Shown here: positions 19,135 to 28,762 of the stretch, one piece after another | How the letters are laid out: each line of letters starts with the position of its first letter | Numbering within the stretch: position 1 is the first letter of the stretch | DNA from: an uncultured delta proteobacterium | GTDB lineage: Bacteria > Desulfobacterota > Syntrophia > Syntrophales > UBA2185 | Length of the DNA stretch: 64,000 nucleotides | Direction of reading: 5' to 3' | Assembly (NCBI GenBank): GCA_963695875.1 | Contig: CAVOID010000003.1 | Location: 1-64,000 of the forward strand | Translations under genes and position numbers: made by a program | Notes under the pieces: generated by a model | Seen by the model: the letters and a program-made list of their open reading frames with translations, nothing else | Told to the model about the DNA's origin: nothing | The model's database searches: none

Positions 19135-20403
19135 TCAAGATGCTTTTTTGTCTTCCATCCGCCGAAGCCGGGCGATTCTTACTGCCAGCGGTGGATGTGA
19201 ATAGTAAAACCAGGCATAAAAAGGATGCGGGTGAAGATTTGCAAGATTATCTTTCGCAAGGCATTTCAATGCGCTTATCATGGGTTTTACTGTACCAAGG
19301 AGATTTAAGCAATAGTCATCCGCTTCCCTCTCAAATTTTCTCATGAGTATTGCACCTATTGGCGTCAGAAAAAAGGCAATCGGTCCCATAAGAGCCGCAA
19401 TCAGCAGGAGACCGACATAAGGAAGGTTCTCGTTAAAGCCAAATGTATCATAGAGAAGAGGCCAGCCTAAAAGACGATATATAATATAAAAAACTGCAAG
19501 AGAAGCGATCTCAGTAAAAATCAACTGCTTCATGATGTGCCTCTTTTTCCAGTGGCCCGCTTCGTGGGCCAGTACTGAAAGAATCTCATCAGATGAATGG
19601 GATTTGAGCAGGGTATCATACAAGACAATGCGTTTCGTTTTCCCTAGCCCGGTGAAATAGGCATTCGTATGCTTGCTCCGTTTGCCCGCGTCAACCTGGA
19701 AAACCCCCTCAGTTTTCAGTCCTACTTTTGCCATCAGCGAAATAATGGCCTCTTTCAACACCTCATCCTGTATCGGCTCAAACTTATTGAAAAGAGGGGC
19801 TATCAGAACCGGATAGAGCCATACCATGAGCATCTGGAAAACGGAAAAGACAATCCATACCCAGAGCCACCAGGTATCTTTGGCATACCGGATAAGAGTA
19901 AGCATGGTGCTGAGAAGAATCCCCATCAAAATTGCGGATATCAAGAGACTCTTGATGAGATCGGCAATCCACAGTTTGATCGTGATGGTGCTGAATCCAT
20001 ACTTTTTTTCGATCACAAAGGTACTGTATAGACTGAACGGAATATCCAGAATACTGCTTAACAGGGCGAGGACGCCAAAAAAGATCAAACCAGACAGGAT
20101 AAAGTTTAGCTTACAAGAAAGTATTACGCAGACTAGCAAGGGGAGAAGTCCGCTCAATAGGATCACAAGGGTGACCACATCATCGAAGAAATGTTCGATA
20201 GATGCAAATCGTGAAGAATCTGCTGTATAATCACTCATCCGTGCGAGAGTAATTTCATCTATCTCCCCCTTGAATACCTCAGGGACATTGTGGCCATGCA
20301 ATCTCAGATGGCGGACATTTATGTATGTCAATAACCAGCGGAATATAGTGTTGACCGCAAAAAGAACGAGAAACACAATTAACAAGATATTCCATTGCAC
20401 CAT
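19135..20403 (-). CDS. M48 family (Ste24-like) zinc metallopeptidase
   Basis: NAYFTGLGKTKRIVLYDTL, HEAGH, FEREAD, YSHPP. Confidence 0.93.
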   Translation of the reverse strand: MVQWNILLIVFLVLFAVNTIFRWLLTYINVRHLRLHGHNVPEVFKGEIDEITLARMSDYTADSSRFASIEHFFDDVVTLVILLSGLLPLLVCVILSCKLNFILSGLIFFGVLALLSSILDIPFSLYSTFVIEKKYGFSTITIKLWIADLIKSLLISAILMGILLSTMLTLIRYAKDTWWLWVWIVFSVFQMLMVWLYPVLIAPLFNKFEPIQDEVLKEAIISLMAKVGLKTEGVFQVDAGKRSKHTNAYFTGLGKTKRIVLYDTLLKSHSSDEILSVLAHEAGHWKKRHIMKQLIFTEIASLAVFYIIYRLLGWPLLYDTFGFNENLPYVGLLLIAALMGPIAFFLTPIGAILMRKFEREADDYCLNLLGTVKPMISALKCLAKDNLANLHPHPFYAWFYYSHPPLAVRIARLRRMEDKKAS

Positions 20404-20421
20404 ATGGGGGAAACCTTCAAT

Positions 20422-20940
20422 TCATTTTTCTGATTGCTCAGCCAGTCTCTTATCAATTTCCTGGAGGACTTCCTCAACAGTTTTGACTGCAACGAAGTCA
20501 TGTTTGCCGGGAATTGAAAATTGAGGGGCGTGAAGACAAATGACGGGAGTGCCACTACGAAGGGACAAAGCTATCTCAGAGAGGGTGCCGGCACCGCCAC
20601 TCAGAGCCACCAGGATTTGCGGTGTTTTGGCATTGATGACATTTCTCGCATCATACATACCTGTATATATCGGAATGTCAATAAATTCATTGGGGTATTT
20701 TTCGAGGGGATGCTGCTTGTCATTTGGGAGAATACCAACGACGAGGCCGCCTGCCTTATAGGCGCCTTCACACACGGCTCTCATGACACCCGGCCCGCCC
20801 CCTGTCAGCAAAACGTAACCCCGACGAGCAATAGCCTCTCCCAAACGCCGTGCGTCTTTCATGACTACGGACGATTCGTCGTTGTGACTTCCCATCACCC
20901 CGATAATATATGGTTTTCTTGTAATTGAAATTTTTGACAT
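20422..20940 (-). CDS. LOG/SLOG family nucleotide-binding protein (TIGR00725-like)
   Basis: IGVMGS, TGGGPGVM, GILP, TGMYDARN, GGAGTLSE. Confidence 0.85.
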   Translation of the reverse strand: MSKISITRKPYIIGVMGSHNDESSVVMKDARRLGEAIARRGYVLLTGGGPGVMRAVCEGAYKAGGLVVGILPNDKQHPLEKYPNEFIDIPIYTGMYDARNVINAKTPQILVALSGGAGTLSEIALSLRSGTPVICLHAPQFSIPGKHDFVAVKTVEEVLQEIDKRLAEQSEK

Positions 20941-21054
20941 CTGGATGTCCTTTAGCAAATGGCGCTAAGGACCACAAGAGAAATATGAGCCTCTACGTTG
21001 ACAGAAAGTGTAAAACATGCTGAGATCACTATTAAGAAGGAGGATCTGTGGAAG

Positions 21055-22023
21055 ATGGTGGAGAAAATCGCGGAAAATTTTTACATGATTACCCTGCCTA
21101 TGCCGTTTCGTCTCAAGCATGTGCACGTGTTTGCACTCATTCATAATGGTAAGGTAGCGCTGTTCGACACGGGAGTAAATACGCCTGAAGCGTTCACAAA
21201 GCTCGAAGGGTCTTTGAAATCCATCGGTAAGACTATTCGTGATATTGACCGGATATATATTACCCATTTCCATACCGATCACTGCGGTACAGCCGGCCGG
21301 ATCAAGGAAATTTCCGATGCTTCTATTTTTATGTCTGAGATAGATACACGGCGAATACACACTGACCAGGATGAGGGACTCGATATTAATCGAATGAAAA
21401 TGTTTTACCGCGAGCAAGGGCTTGCCGAAAAGTCTATCGATGCCTTGGTGGAACTCCTTGATTCTTTCAAAAGGGCGACGCTTCCCTTTCGGGTGGATAT
21501 ATGCCTTACAGATCACGAGTGTCAGAGGGTCGGTGATATGGAATTTGAAACAATACCAGTACCCGGACACACCAGCGGTCAGGTGTGTTTTTATTTCCTC
21601 AAAGAGAAGATCCTTCTTTCCGGTGATCACATTCTACCGCATATCACCCCCAATCTCAGTCCTGATCCCCGTAATCATAGTTTTCGACCACTGAAAAGCT
21701 TTCTGGATTCTTTGACGAAAGTTGAAAATCTTCCTGTCGTAAAAGTTTATCCGGCCCACGGTGATCCATTTGCAAACCTCAAAGCGCGGGTAGAAGAAAT
21801 CAAAGAACACCACAGTGAAAGGAAAAGGCTGATACTTGATTCCGTGAAAGCAGGACCGAAGACTAATTACCAGGTCTCTCTGGATATATTCGGCGAAAAT
21901 CTGCCAGAATTCGATCAGTTTTTAGCCGTCAATGAAGCCTTTGCGCACCTGATCGAGTTGAAGGAAGAGGGGCTTATTAACCAGAGGAAAAAAGAAAAAC
22001 ATGTTTTTTATACGGCCGCTTAA
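21055..22023 (+). CDS. MBL-fold metallo-hydrolase
   Basis: THFHTDH, PGHT, SGDHILPHITPN, PAHG; AGGAGG RBS. Confidence 0.9.
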   Translation: MVEKIAENFYMITLPMPFRLKHVHVFALIHNGKVALFDTGVNTPEAFTKLEGSLKSIGKTIRDIDRIYITHFHTDHCGTAGRIKEISDASIFMSEIDTRRIHTDQDEGLDINRMKMFYREQGLAEKSIDALVELLDSFKRATLPFRVDICLTDHECQRVGDMEFETIPVPGHTSGQVCFYFLKEKILLSGDHILPHITPNLSPDPRNHSFRPLKSFLDSLTKVENLPVVKVYPAHGDPFANLKARVEEIKEHHSERKRLILDSVKAGPKTNYQVSLDIFGENLPEFDQFLAVNEAFAHLIELKEEGLINQRKKEKHVFYTAA

Positions 22024-22364
22024 CGTTTGGAGAAATCTGCTGACGAGGCGGGCGAGACTGCTACCATTTCCGTGGAAGGATACAGTCGAATTACAGGCGA
22101 CAGAAGCGTCTGATCCTGAACAACAGGCTCAATCCAGAGAGCTTCTTTTTCTTTCGCTAAAATCCTTGGCCTAGGAAGGAATTAGTCCCAGCGGAATTGA
22201 ACGAGACGATTTGCTCCATCATGGATTACGGCTCTATACCATGACTGGGCAGGACACCATTGACCGGCCTGTATTCATAGGATTACTTCTTGAGTATTAA
22301 AGGCCTCTGAAATAACGGACAAATCATTGATCAGAACAAACCGGCCACACATAAGTTATATTCT

Positions 22365-23546
22365 TTAATTTGTATGATCTCCTTGATACTTTAGGAAACG
22401 AAAAAGAGCAACGCTTATCAGGATCAGCACGCCAACCAATATAATGGCGGAGGCAAAGTGCCCTGCATCGGCCATTATTCCCATGCCTGCCGGAATTAGA
22501 CCGGCTCCGGCCAGGTAAGCGAAAAAGATTGTCATCGATACAGCAACGTTGCGGACATTCGGAGGGCTGATGCTGGATAGAAAGGTAAACGCGGCCGGGT
22601 AAAAACAGGCGGACATCATCGGCTGGATAAATACCACTAACAAGACCCATTTCCCGCTTACGATTCCCAAGAGGATCGTCATGATTCCGTTAAATGTGAG
22701 AACGATCTTCATTGTTTGCTTCGGCCCTATACGATCTGAAATCCAGCCGGCAAAAAAACCGATGATTATAGCGGGAATTCTCGATAATCCGAGGATTGTG
22801 TTGGCATAACTGCTCTCGAATCCTCTTTCCGCCACCAGGAAAAGGGGGAGCATACTGAACACGCCCATGCTTGTCGCTATGGCGACACTAAAAAGAATAG
22901 TCATGATCCAAAATACAGGTTGCTTCATGAGAGGCCGAACATTTTTGAAATTGGGCGGCTCGCCTTTAAAATCTCCACCCAGATTCAGGCGATAAAACAG
23001 CAGACCCAAAACAATCGCCGCAACGCCTATTGATGCCAGGACTCCCTGCCAAGTAAACCATTGGAGGAGTAATTCGGATATGAGAGGTGCAGCGATATAG
23101 GCAAGGGAGGGAGCCGTTTCATGAACCGCGATAGCCTTCCCCCAGTTGCCGGCCGATATTGAAGAAGTGATGGTGGTAATCCCCGAAGGCAGATATGCCC
23201 CGGCAGCCAAACCAAGAAAGACCAATCCCAGATAGATGGTCCAATGGGTTTTTCCGGCCGCGACAAAAAGCAAAGTAATACCCGTAGCAACGGAAGAAAG
23301 GGCGATCATCCTTCGATGGGTAAACCATCTGGAAAGATACCCTGATCCCACAAGCGACGCACAGTAACCGAGAGAAATCAGTAAAAAGAAGCTGCCTGCC
23401 TCTGTGTGATCCAGTCCGAGATCATATTCAATAGTAGGCATCAGCGGGGCTGGCAACAATCTGGAAAGGAAGTTGAAAAAGAATATTCCCGCTATCAGAA
23501 CGAGGAGTGCGACTTTTGATTTCCGAGGGGAAAAAGTTTCACTCAT
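22365..23546 (-). CDS. MFS transporter
   Basis: About 12 TM segments; GWISDRIGPK MFS loop motif. Confidence 0.9.
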   Translation of the reverse strand: MSETFSPRKSKVALLVLIAGIFFFNFLSRLLPAPLMPTIEYDLGLDHTEAGSFFLLISLGYCASLVGSGYLSRWFTHRRMIALSSVATGITLLFVAAGKTHWTIYLGLVFLGLAAGAYLPSGITTITSSISAGNWGKAIAVHETAPSLAYIAAPLISELLLQWFTWQGVLASIGVAAIVLGLLFYRLNLGGDFKGEPPNFKNVRPLMKQPVFWIMTILFSVAIATSMGVFSMLPLFLVAERGFESSYANTILGLSRIPAIIIGFFAGWISDRIGPKQTMKIVLTFNGIMTILLGIVSGKWVLLVVFIQPMMSACFYPAAFTFLSSISPPNVRNVAVSMTIFFAYLAGAGLIPAGMGIMADAGHFASAIILVGVLILISVALFRFLKYQGDHTN

Positions 23547-23551
23547 GGATC

Positions 23552-24001
23552 TCAGGTTTTTACTCCCGTTGTCTTTTTATTGCCATAAACCTGCACGATG
23601 ACCCGTCGCTGCCTCGGGCGATTGTCAAAATCAATAAAGACAACCTGCTGCCATGTTCCAAGAGAAAGGTGCCCGTCAATAACAGGAATAGCCAGGGATG
23701 GACCCAGCAGGGCCGCTCTTACATGGGCATGCCCGTTTCCGTCACCCCATCGCTCATTGTGTCTGTAATATTTATCTTCCGGAGCGAGATGCTCTATAGC
23801 TTCCTTCAAATCATCCACCGCGCCATGTTCATATTCAATAGTAGTTATCGCCGCTGTCGAACCGGGCACAAAGAGATGGACGTGTCCCTCCTCTATACCC
23901 GATACAACTAGTTTTTCAGATATCTGGCTGGTCATGTTGATAACATCAGTATTACCCGATGTGGAAAAAGCGAGATAAGAAGTAATTATGTCCAAAGCCA
24001 T
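23552..24001 (-). CDS. yjbQ: YjbQ / UPF0047 family protein
   Basis: GSTAAITTIE, H...GDGNGHAH, LGTWQ, DFDNRPR. Confidence 0.9.
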   Translation of the reverse strand: MALDIITSYLAFSTSGNTDVINMTSQISEKLVVSGIEEGHVHLFVPGSTAAITTIEYEHGAVDDLKEAIEHLAPEDKYYRHNERWGDGNGHAHVRAALLGPSLAIPVIDGHLSLGTWQQVVFIDFDNRPRQRRVIVQVYGNKKTTGVKT

Positions 24002-24095
24002 ATGACCTCATCCTTTCCTTTATTATGAAAAAATTCCCCAGTACCCTCTCCAAGAGGATATCGGGGAAGCAAAGTCCGATAGACATTTACAAACT

Positions 24096-24761
24096 CTATA
24101 TGTACGGGAAAACATTCTGCATGACCATCTGGAAGTTCGATTTTACCCGTTCGGCGCCATCAACGATCTCCATATGACCGGGAAAGAGAGTCTCGACCTC
24201 AAGCTTGGAAAGTGTCGTAATACTTTTTTTCAGAAGTCTGCCACTTCCTCCCGGAAAATCTGTTCTTCCCACGTTCTGGCTGAATATCACATCTCCCGGA
24301 AAGAGGACTTTTTTAGCGGGCCAGTATAACCCTATGGAGCCGGGCGAATGACCGGGGACATGTAATATCTGGAAGGTCTCATCTCCAAGGACAATATTTC
24401 CGGTTTTCATGATCAAATTGATCTTGACATCGGGAGGGTTTAATCCGAACAGGTTATATAATTTGGCGCCATCGCCTTTCATGAAAGCGATCTCGTCTTC
24501 ATGTAGGGCTATTTTCACATCGGAATCATTGAAGAGTCCCGATCCCTCGTAGTGGTCAGGGTGGGAATGGGTGTTAATAATATAGCGGATATCATTTCTT
24601 GCGATCCCGTCCAGTTCCATGCTTTCCAGGAGATTGGGCACATAAGACGTCAACCCAGGGTCAACTAGGGCCTTTACGTTACCGCTGATGTAGAAACTGT
24701 TGCAGTTATTGGCGTAATAATCCGTCCATTCATAAACATATATATCTTCCGTGAATCTCAT
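24096..24761 (-). CDS. MBL-fold metallo-hydrolase
   Basis: THSHPDH, PGHSPGS, GRTDFPGG, PGH; start at MRFTE after GGAG RBS. Confidence 0.9.
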   Translation of the reverse strand: MRFTEDIYVYEWTDYYANNCNSFYISGNVKALVDPGLTSYVPNLLESMELDGIARNDIRYIINTHSHPDHYEGSGLFNDSDVKIALHEDEIAFMKGDGAKLYNLFGLNPPDVKINLIMKTGNIVLGDETFQILHVPGHSPGSIGLYWPAKKVLFPGDVIFSQNVGRTDFPGGSGRLLKKSITTLSKLEVETLFPGHMEIVDGAERVKSNFQMVMQNVFPYI

Positions 24762-24882
24762 TTGCGCTCCTTTGTTAACACATGTTTTTTTACGATGGAG
24801 GTTTAACCATCCTGGCAATATTACTGTGGTATCAATTTACATGCAAGAATAATATGAAAGTCCTCGGATAGTAAAAAAAATA

Positions 24883-24919
24883 TTGACAAAAGGAAATATA
24901 GTTGTATGATACAACCATG
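24883..24919 (+). promoter_or_regulatory. sigma70 promoter with overlapping palindromic operator for marR-hgcAB (leaderless)
   Basis: TTGACA (24883-24888)-16 nt-TATGAT (24905-24910); perfect IR GTTGTAT-G-ATACAAC (24901-24915); ATG at 24917. Confidence 0.75.
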
Positions 24920-25378
24920 AAAAAGACCAAAAAGAATAATCAGGAAATCCTTGCTCTGATATCGGACCTCTGCCAGGTCATCCGCTGCTGCCGGCAGGAT
25001 GCCGTGTTTTGTGAGGATGTGACCTTTTCCCAGTTTCTCATACTCAATCAGGTGGCAAAGAAAGGTACTCTGAAAATGCTGGAGCTTCATCAAATCCTGG
25101 CTGTTGATAAGAGCACAACGACCAGGCTTGTGAATCCATTGGTCAGGCAGGGACTGATTAAGCGTGAGAGATCGGATCATGACTGCAGGGCAGCAAATTT
25201 AAAATTGACACCGGCGGGAAAAGAAGTTCACAGAAAAGTCTGGTTGTGCCTTGAGGGTTTTGTGGATGCCATTGGAGGAGGAATTCCCGATGAGAAAAAG
25301 ACAGATGTGTATGATGCCGTTAAGCTTTTTATCAGTGCGGTGAAAAATGCATCATCAGCCTGTTCGTGTAATGAGTGA
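24917..25378 (+). CDS. Cys-rich MarR family transcriptional regulator
   Basis: VTFSQFLIL...VDKSTTTRLVNPLVRQGLIKR...D.R....LT..G wHTH; LCQVIRCCRQDAVFC and C-terminal CSC. Confidence 0.88.
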   Translation: MKKTKKNNQEILALISDLCQVIRCCRQDAVFCEDVTFSQFLILNQVAKKGTLKMLELHQILAVDKSTTTRLVNPLVRQGLIKRERSDHDCRAANLKLTPAGKEVHRKVWLCLEGFVDAIGGGIPDEKKTDVYDAVKLFISAVKNASSACSCNE

Positions 25379-25396
25379 CTTTAAAGGAGAAATGCA

Positions 25397-26572
25397 TTGA
25401 GTCAAAATTATTGTGAAGTTAAAACAAGCAAGGTCGGCAAAAATGGTATTGAGGCAGCACCGATTATTTTTCCCGTGATATCGCCATTATTGAAAACAGG
25501 CGAGACCCGGACGAATCTTCCAGACCTGAAACAGTGCTTTGTCATTGGTTCGATTGAAACACCGGTCGGTCTGGTGCCGCAGGTTTCCTCTGCCTTAACA
25601 TGGATAGACCGCTGGGGAACCATTAAAGCACGCTGGGGAGTCGGCCGTATGAATTATGCTGTTGAGCCCGGTCTCTACGCCCTTGGGAACCCATACAGTC
25701 ATTCGCATGTACTGGTTACTGCGAATTACAAGATGAGCTTTGACCGTCTCCGTGAAACCCTTTCCGGCCGGGATGTCTGGCTGCTTGTTCTGGACACAAA
25801 AGGGATTAACGTCTGGTGTGCTGCGGGAAAAGGAACCTTCGGTACTGAGGAACTGGTGCGTCGGATTGCATTAAGCGGCTTGAACAAGGTCGTAAGACAC
25901 AGGGAACTCATTCTGCCCCAGTTATCCGGCCCCGGTGTTGCCGCCCATCAGGTTAAGAAATATTCCGGATTCAGGGTTCACTACGGACCTATCCGGGCTT
26001 CGGATTTAACGGCCTACTTAGAAGCCAGTCTCAAAGCGGCGCCTGGAATGCGTTTGAAGACTTTCCCGCTGCGTGAGCGGTTTGCCTTGATCCCAATAGA
26101 GATTGTGGCGGCTTTCAAGGTGAGCCTGCTTATTCTTCTCACTTTCTTCCTTCTGGGTGGTCTCGGAGGGCCGGACGGATACTGGGCCAATGCAATGAAT
26201 TATGGCCTTTTTGCCATTATTGCGATACTCTCGGCAATCATGGCCGGTGCCGTCCTGACACCGATCCTGCTTCCCATTCTTCCCGGGAGAGCCTTCTCGT
26301 TCAAAGGTTGTATTGTCGGTGTGGTCATTGCATTGACCCTCTTAATAGTGAGGAATCCTGACCTTGCCTTCTGGCCGGGCAGGTTAGAAATGGCGGCATG
26401 GCTATTACTGGTGCCGGCCTTAGCGGCGTATCTTGCCATGAATTTTACCGGCGCCTCAACGTACACTTCTCTTTCCGGTGTGAAGAAGGAAATGCGGGCT
26501 GCGCTTCCCCTGCAAATAGGGGCTGGCGTGGTCGGACTTGGACTCTGGCTGGTGTCACGATTTATTGCATAG
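25397..26572 (+). CDS. hgcA: Mercury methylation corrinoid protein HgcA
   Basis: Cap-helix motif GINVWCAAGKGTFG, VLVTANYKMSFD, C-terminal TM region with NFTGASTYTSLSGVKKEM; AAGGAG RBS before TTG start. Confidence 0.97.
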   Translation: MSQNYCEVKTSKVGKNGIEAAPIIFPVISPLLKTGETRTNLPDLKQCFVIGSIETPVGLVPQVSSALTWIDRWGTIKARWGVGRMNYAVEPGLYALGNPYSHSHVLVTANYKMSFDRLRETLSGRDVWLLVLDTKGINVWCAAGKGTFGTEELVRRIALSGLNKVVRHRELILPQLSGPGVAAHQVKKYSGFRVHYGPIRASDLTAYLEASLKAAPGMRLKTFPLRERFALIPIEIVAAFKVSLLILLTFFLLGGLGGPDGYWANAMNYGLFAIIAILSAIMAGAVLTPILLPILPGRAFSFKGCIVGVVIALTLLIVRNPDLAFWPGRLEMAAWLLLVPALAAYLAMNFTGASTYTSLSGVKKEMRAALPLQIGAGVVGLGLWLVSRFIA

Positions 26573-26582
26573 GAGCTTGCAA

Positions 26583-26912
26583 ATGGAAAACATGATCTAT
26601 CTGAAGGATGTAGTAACTCTGAATCTGAATGAGGAAAAATGTATTGGCTGCGGTATGTGCATCGAGGTCTGTCCCCATGCTGTCATCGGTATGAACGGTG
26701 CGGAGCGTGCATGGATTCAGAAGAGGGATGCCTGTATGGAATGCGGGGCATGCAGCCGCAATTGCCCCACAGAGGCAGTTTCCGTGCAGAGCGGTGTGGG
26801 CTGTGCTGCCGCCATCATAAATACAATGTTGGGCCGGAGCGACGCTTCCTGTTGTGGTCCGATTGATTCTTGTGAAAAGACAGAAAATCAGGGAAAGACC
26901 TCCTGCTGCTGA
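26583..26912 (+). CDS. hgcB: Mercury methylation ferredoxin HgcB
   Basis: CIGCGMCIEVCP and CMECGACSRNCP 2[4Fe-4S] motifs, GVGCA, terminal CC; AGGAG RBS; directly after hgcA. Confidence 0.97.
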   Translation: MENMIYLKDVVTLNLNEEKCIGCGMCIEVCPHAVIGMNGAERAWIQKRDACMECGACSRNCPTEAVSVQSGVGCAAAIINTMLGRSDASCCGPIDSCEKTENQGKTSCC

Positions 26913-27060
26913 AATAAGTTGCCCTAATGTCATTGCTTGGGTGAATTACAGGTCGGGAGCAGTACGAAAATATTAACACTCCTTTTGACTGCATACGTTA
27001 GATCATTTTTTCACCGATTAAATTATCCATTGACACCTGTTGTTTTTGCTCAGAACTCAT

Positions 27061-27104
27061 TAATAGTTCATTGAAGGGATATACTCCCGTCTTTTGAACT
27101 ATTA
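27061..27104. terminator. Hairpin between convergent hgcB and enoyl-CoA hydratase genes
   Basis: TAATAGTTCA/TGAACTATTA outer stem with inner GGGA/TCCC. Confidence 0.4.
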
Positions 27105-27319
27105 TGCAATGCTCCACTTACGAATCTTCATAACAGCTTTTTGTGATAAATGGTTAAGATTACGGTTTAAAAGTGAGAGTCGCTCCAGCGGCAGATGAGA
27201 CGTCTCTCATAACATATGCACATGTGGTGCGGGTCTACAGTTATTGACCTGCCATCTTACCAGGCTTGTGGCCTGGGTTTAGCGGGCGATGAGGAAATAC
27301 AGAAAGTTTCTTTGAAGAT

Positions 27320-28105
27320 TTACTGTCCCTTGAAGGTGGGCTTTCTTTTTCCTATAAAGGCTGCTATTCCCTCCTTTGCGTCCGCTGTTTTGCCAACCCA
27401 GATCATCCCTCGTCGCTCCAGTTCGAGCTGCCGCTCCAACAGTCCAAAGAAGGCGTTATTGAAGTTCTCCTTCACGATGGAGTAAGATACTGTCGGGCCT
27501 GAGGCAAGCTTCAGAGCAAGATCCATGGTAGTTTTTTCAAGCTCGCTGTCATCGACCACTTTATTGACGAGCCCCATTTGGAGGGCATCCTTAGCATCGA
27601 ATACAGGGTCCATGTACACCAGCTCTGACGCCTTGCTAAATCCGATCAGTAGCGGAACCAGTAGGGTCCATGCCCCGTCGGGAATCAGCCCTATTGAAGT
27701 GTAAGCCTGCCTGAACTTCGCGGATGAAGCGCATATTCTCAGGTCACACGCGGCAGCAATACTCACTCCGGCGCCGGCAGCCGTCCCGTTGATCATGGCA
27801 ATGACGGGCTTTGAAGTCCGGCGGATGCCAACGATGGTAAAGTGTAAGAACTTCGTCAGTTGCCGCAGTGTCTCGCTTGTATCAGGGGAGCTGTCAAACA
27901 GCGCCACGTCGCCTCCCGCGCAGAAGGCCTTGCCCTCTCCCGTAAGTACGATCACCTTTACATCCCTGTCATCTGCGCAGATTTCCAGGGCCCTGATGAT
28001 GTCGCTAAATAAATCAACATTAACTGCATTAAACGCTTTGGGCCGGTTGAATTTGATGACGCCAACTTGCTCCATCTTTTTAAAAATAATATTTTCAAAC
28101 TGCAT
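27320..28105 (-). CDS. Enoyl-CoA hydratase/isomerase family protein
   Basis: NRPKAFNA, AFCAGGD, INGTAAGAG, ACDLR, GLIPDGA, EGIAAFIGKRKPTFKG. Confidence 0.93.
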   Translation of the reverse strand: MQFENIIFKKMEQVGVIKFNRPKAFNAVNVDLFSDIIRALEICADDRDVKVIVLTGEGKAFCAGGDVALFDSSPDTSETLRQLTKFLHFTIVGIRRTSKPVIAMINGTAAGAGVSIAAACDLRICASSAKFRQAYTSIGLIPDGAWTLLVPLLIGFSKASELVYMDPVFDAKDALQMGLVNKVVDDSELEKTTMDLALKLASGPTVSYSIVKENFNNAFFGLLERQLELERRGMIWVGKTADAKEGIAAFIGKRKPTFKGQ

Positions 28106-28158
28106 TTCCCCTTCCTCCTTCATTCATTGATATCAGTAATTTTTTACCTTTTTAGTCT

Positions 28159-28180
28159 AATAGTTTGACATCAAACCATA
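28159..28180. promoter_or_regulatory. Putative MarR operator upstream of enoyl-CoA hydratase
   Basis: AATAGTTTGACATCAAACCATA, near-identical to the palindrome at 28624-28645. Confidence 0.7.
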
Positions 28181-28192
28181 TCTGCAAAAAAA

Positions 28193-28615
28193 TTAAAGGT
28201 TATTGTTGAGCTTTTTCAATAGATGAAACAGAATTTCTTTTTCATCGTTAGAGATACCCTTGTATGAATGGGCTCTCAATTTGTGCGCAATGAGTTGGAA
28301 GTCAGTTTTCAATGCTGTCCCCTTCCTGGTCAAAGTAATAAAATTGATTCGATTATCGGCATGATGTCGCTTTTTCTCCACTAAGCCCAGTTTGATCAAC
28401 TTATTAACTAGAGCTGTGATCGTAGACTTATCCTTGTCTATTATCCTTGCTATCTCCGACATGGGTAATGACCCACGCATCATCAGAGATCCGAGGATCT
28501 CGCCGTGAGACGGGGCCAATCCTTTGATGCGATGGGCCTTCATTTCATGAGTAAGGAACCTACTGGCCTTGTACTGTATACGTCCGATCAAAAAGATGAT
28601 CTGATCCTTTTTCAT
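28193..28615 (-). CDS. MarR family transcriptional regulator
   Basis: DKDKSTITALVNKLIKLGLV...DNR....LT..G. Confidence 0.9.
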   Translation of the reverse strand: MKKDQIIFLIGRIQYKASRFLTHEMKAHRIKGLAPSHGEILGSLMMRGSLPMSEIARIIDKDKSTITALVNKLIKLGLVEKKRHHADNRINFITLTRKGTALKTDFQLIAHKLRAHSYKGISNDEKEILFHLLKKLNNNL

Positions 28616-28621
28616 GGCTGT

Positions 28622-28650
28622 ATAATAGTTTTATATCAAACTATTGTCAA
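28622..28650 (-). promoter_or_regulatory. sigma70 promoter with MarR operator (leaderless marR transcript)
   Basis: Minus strand TTGACA-N17-TATTAT; palindrome AATAGTTTTATATCAAACTATT at 28624-28645; ATG about 7 nt after the -10. Confidence 0.75.
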
Positions 28651-28762
28651 GATTTATTTCCTGCTGAAATGTTGAATGAAAAGATGAAAGAGGAGGAAGG
28701 AGATCATTTGTCACACTTAAGAATCTTCGCGTCTATGATACGATAAGATTAGGTATGATCCT

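Noticed and set aside
22030..22320. Possible decayed sensor-kinase gene fragment
   Set aside because: Only a faint resemblance across broken frames; cannot be supported without a search
26910..26950. Possible selenocysteine readthrough of the hgcB TGA (CC-U-NKLP) with a weak downstream hairpin
   Set aside because: Terminal CC-stop is the normal HgcB ending and the hairpin is weak. The HgcA cap-helix residue is TGT (Cys), not TGA.
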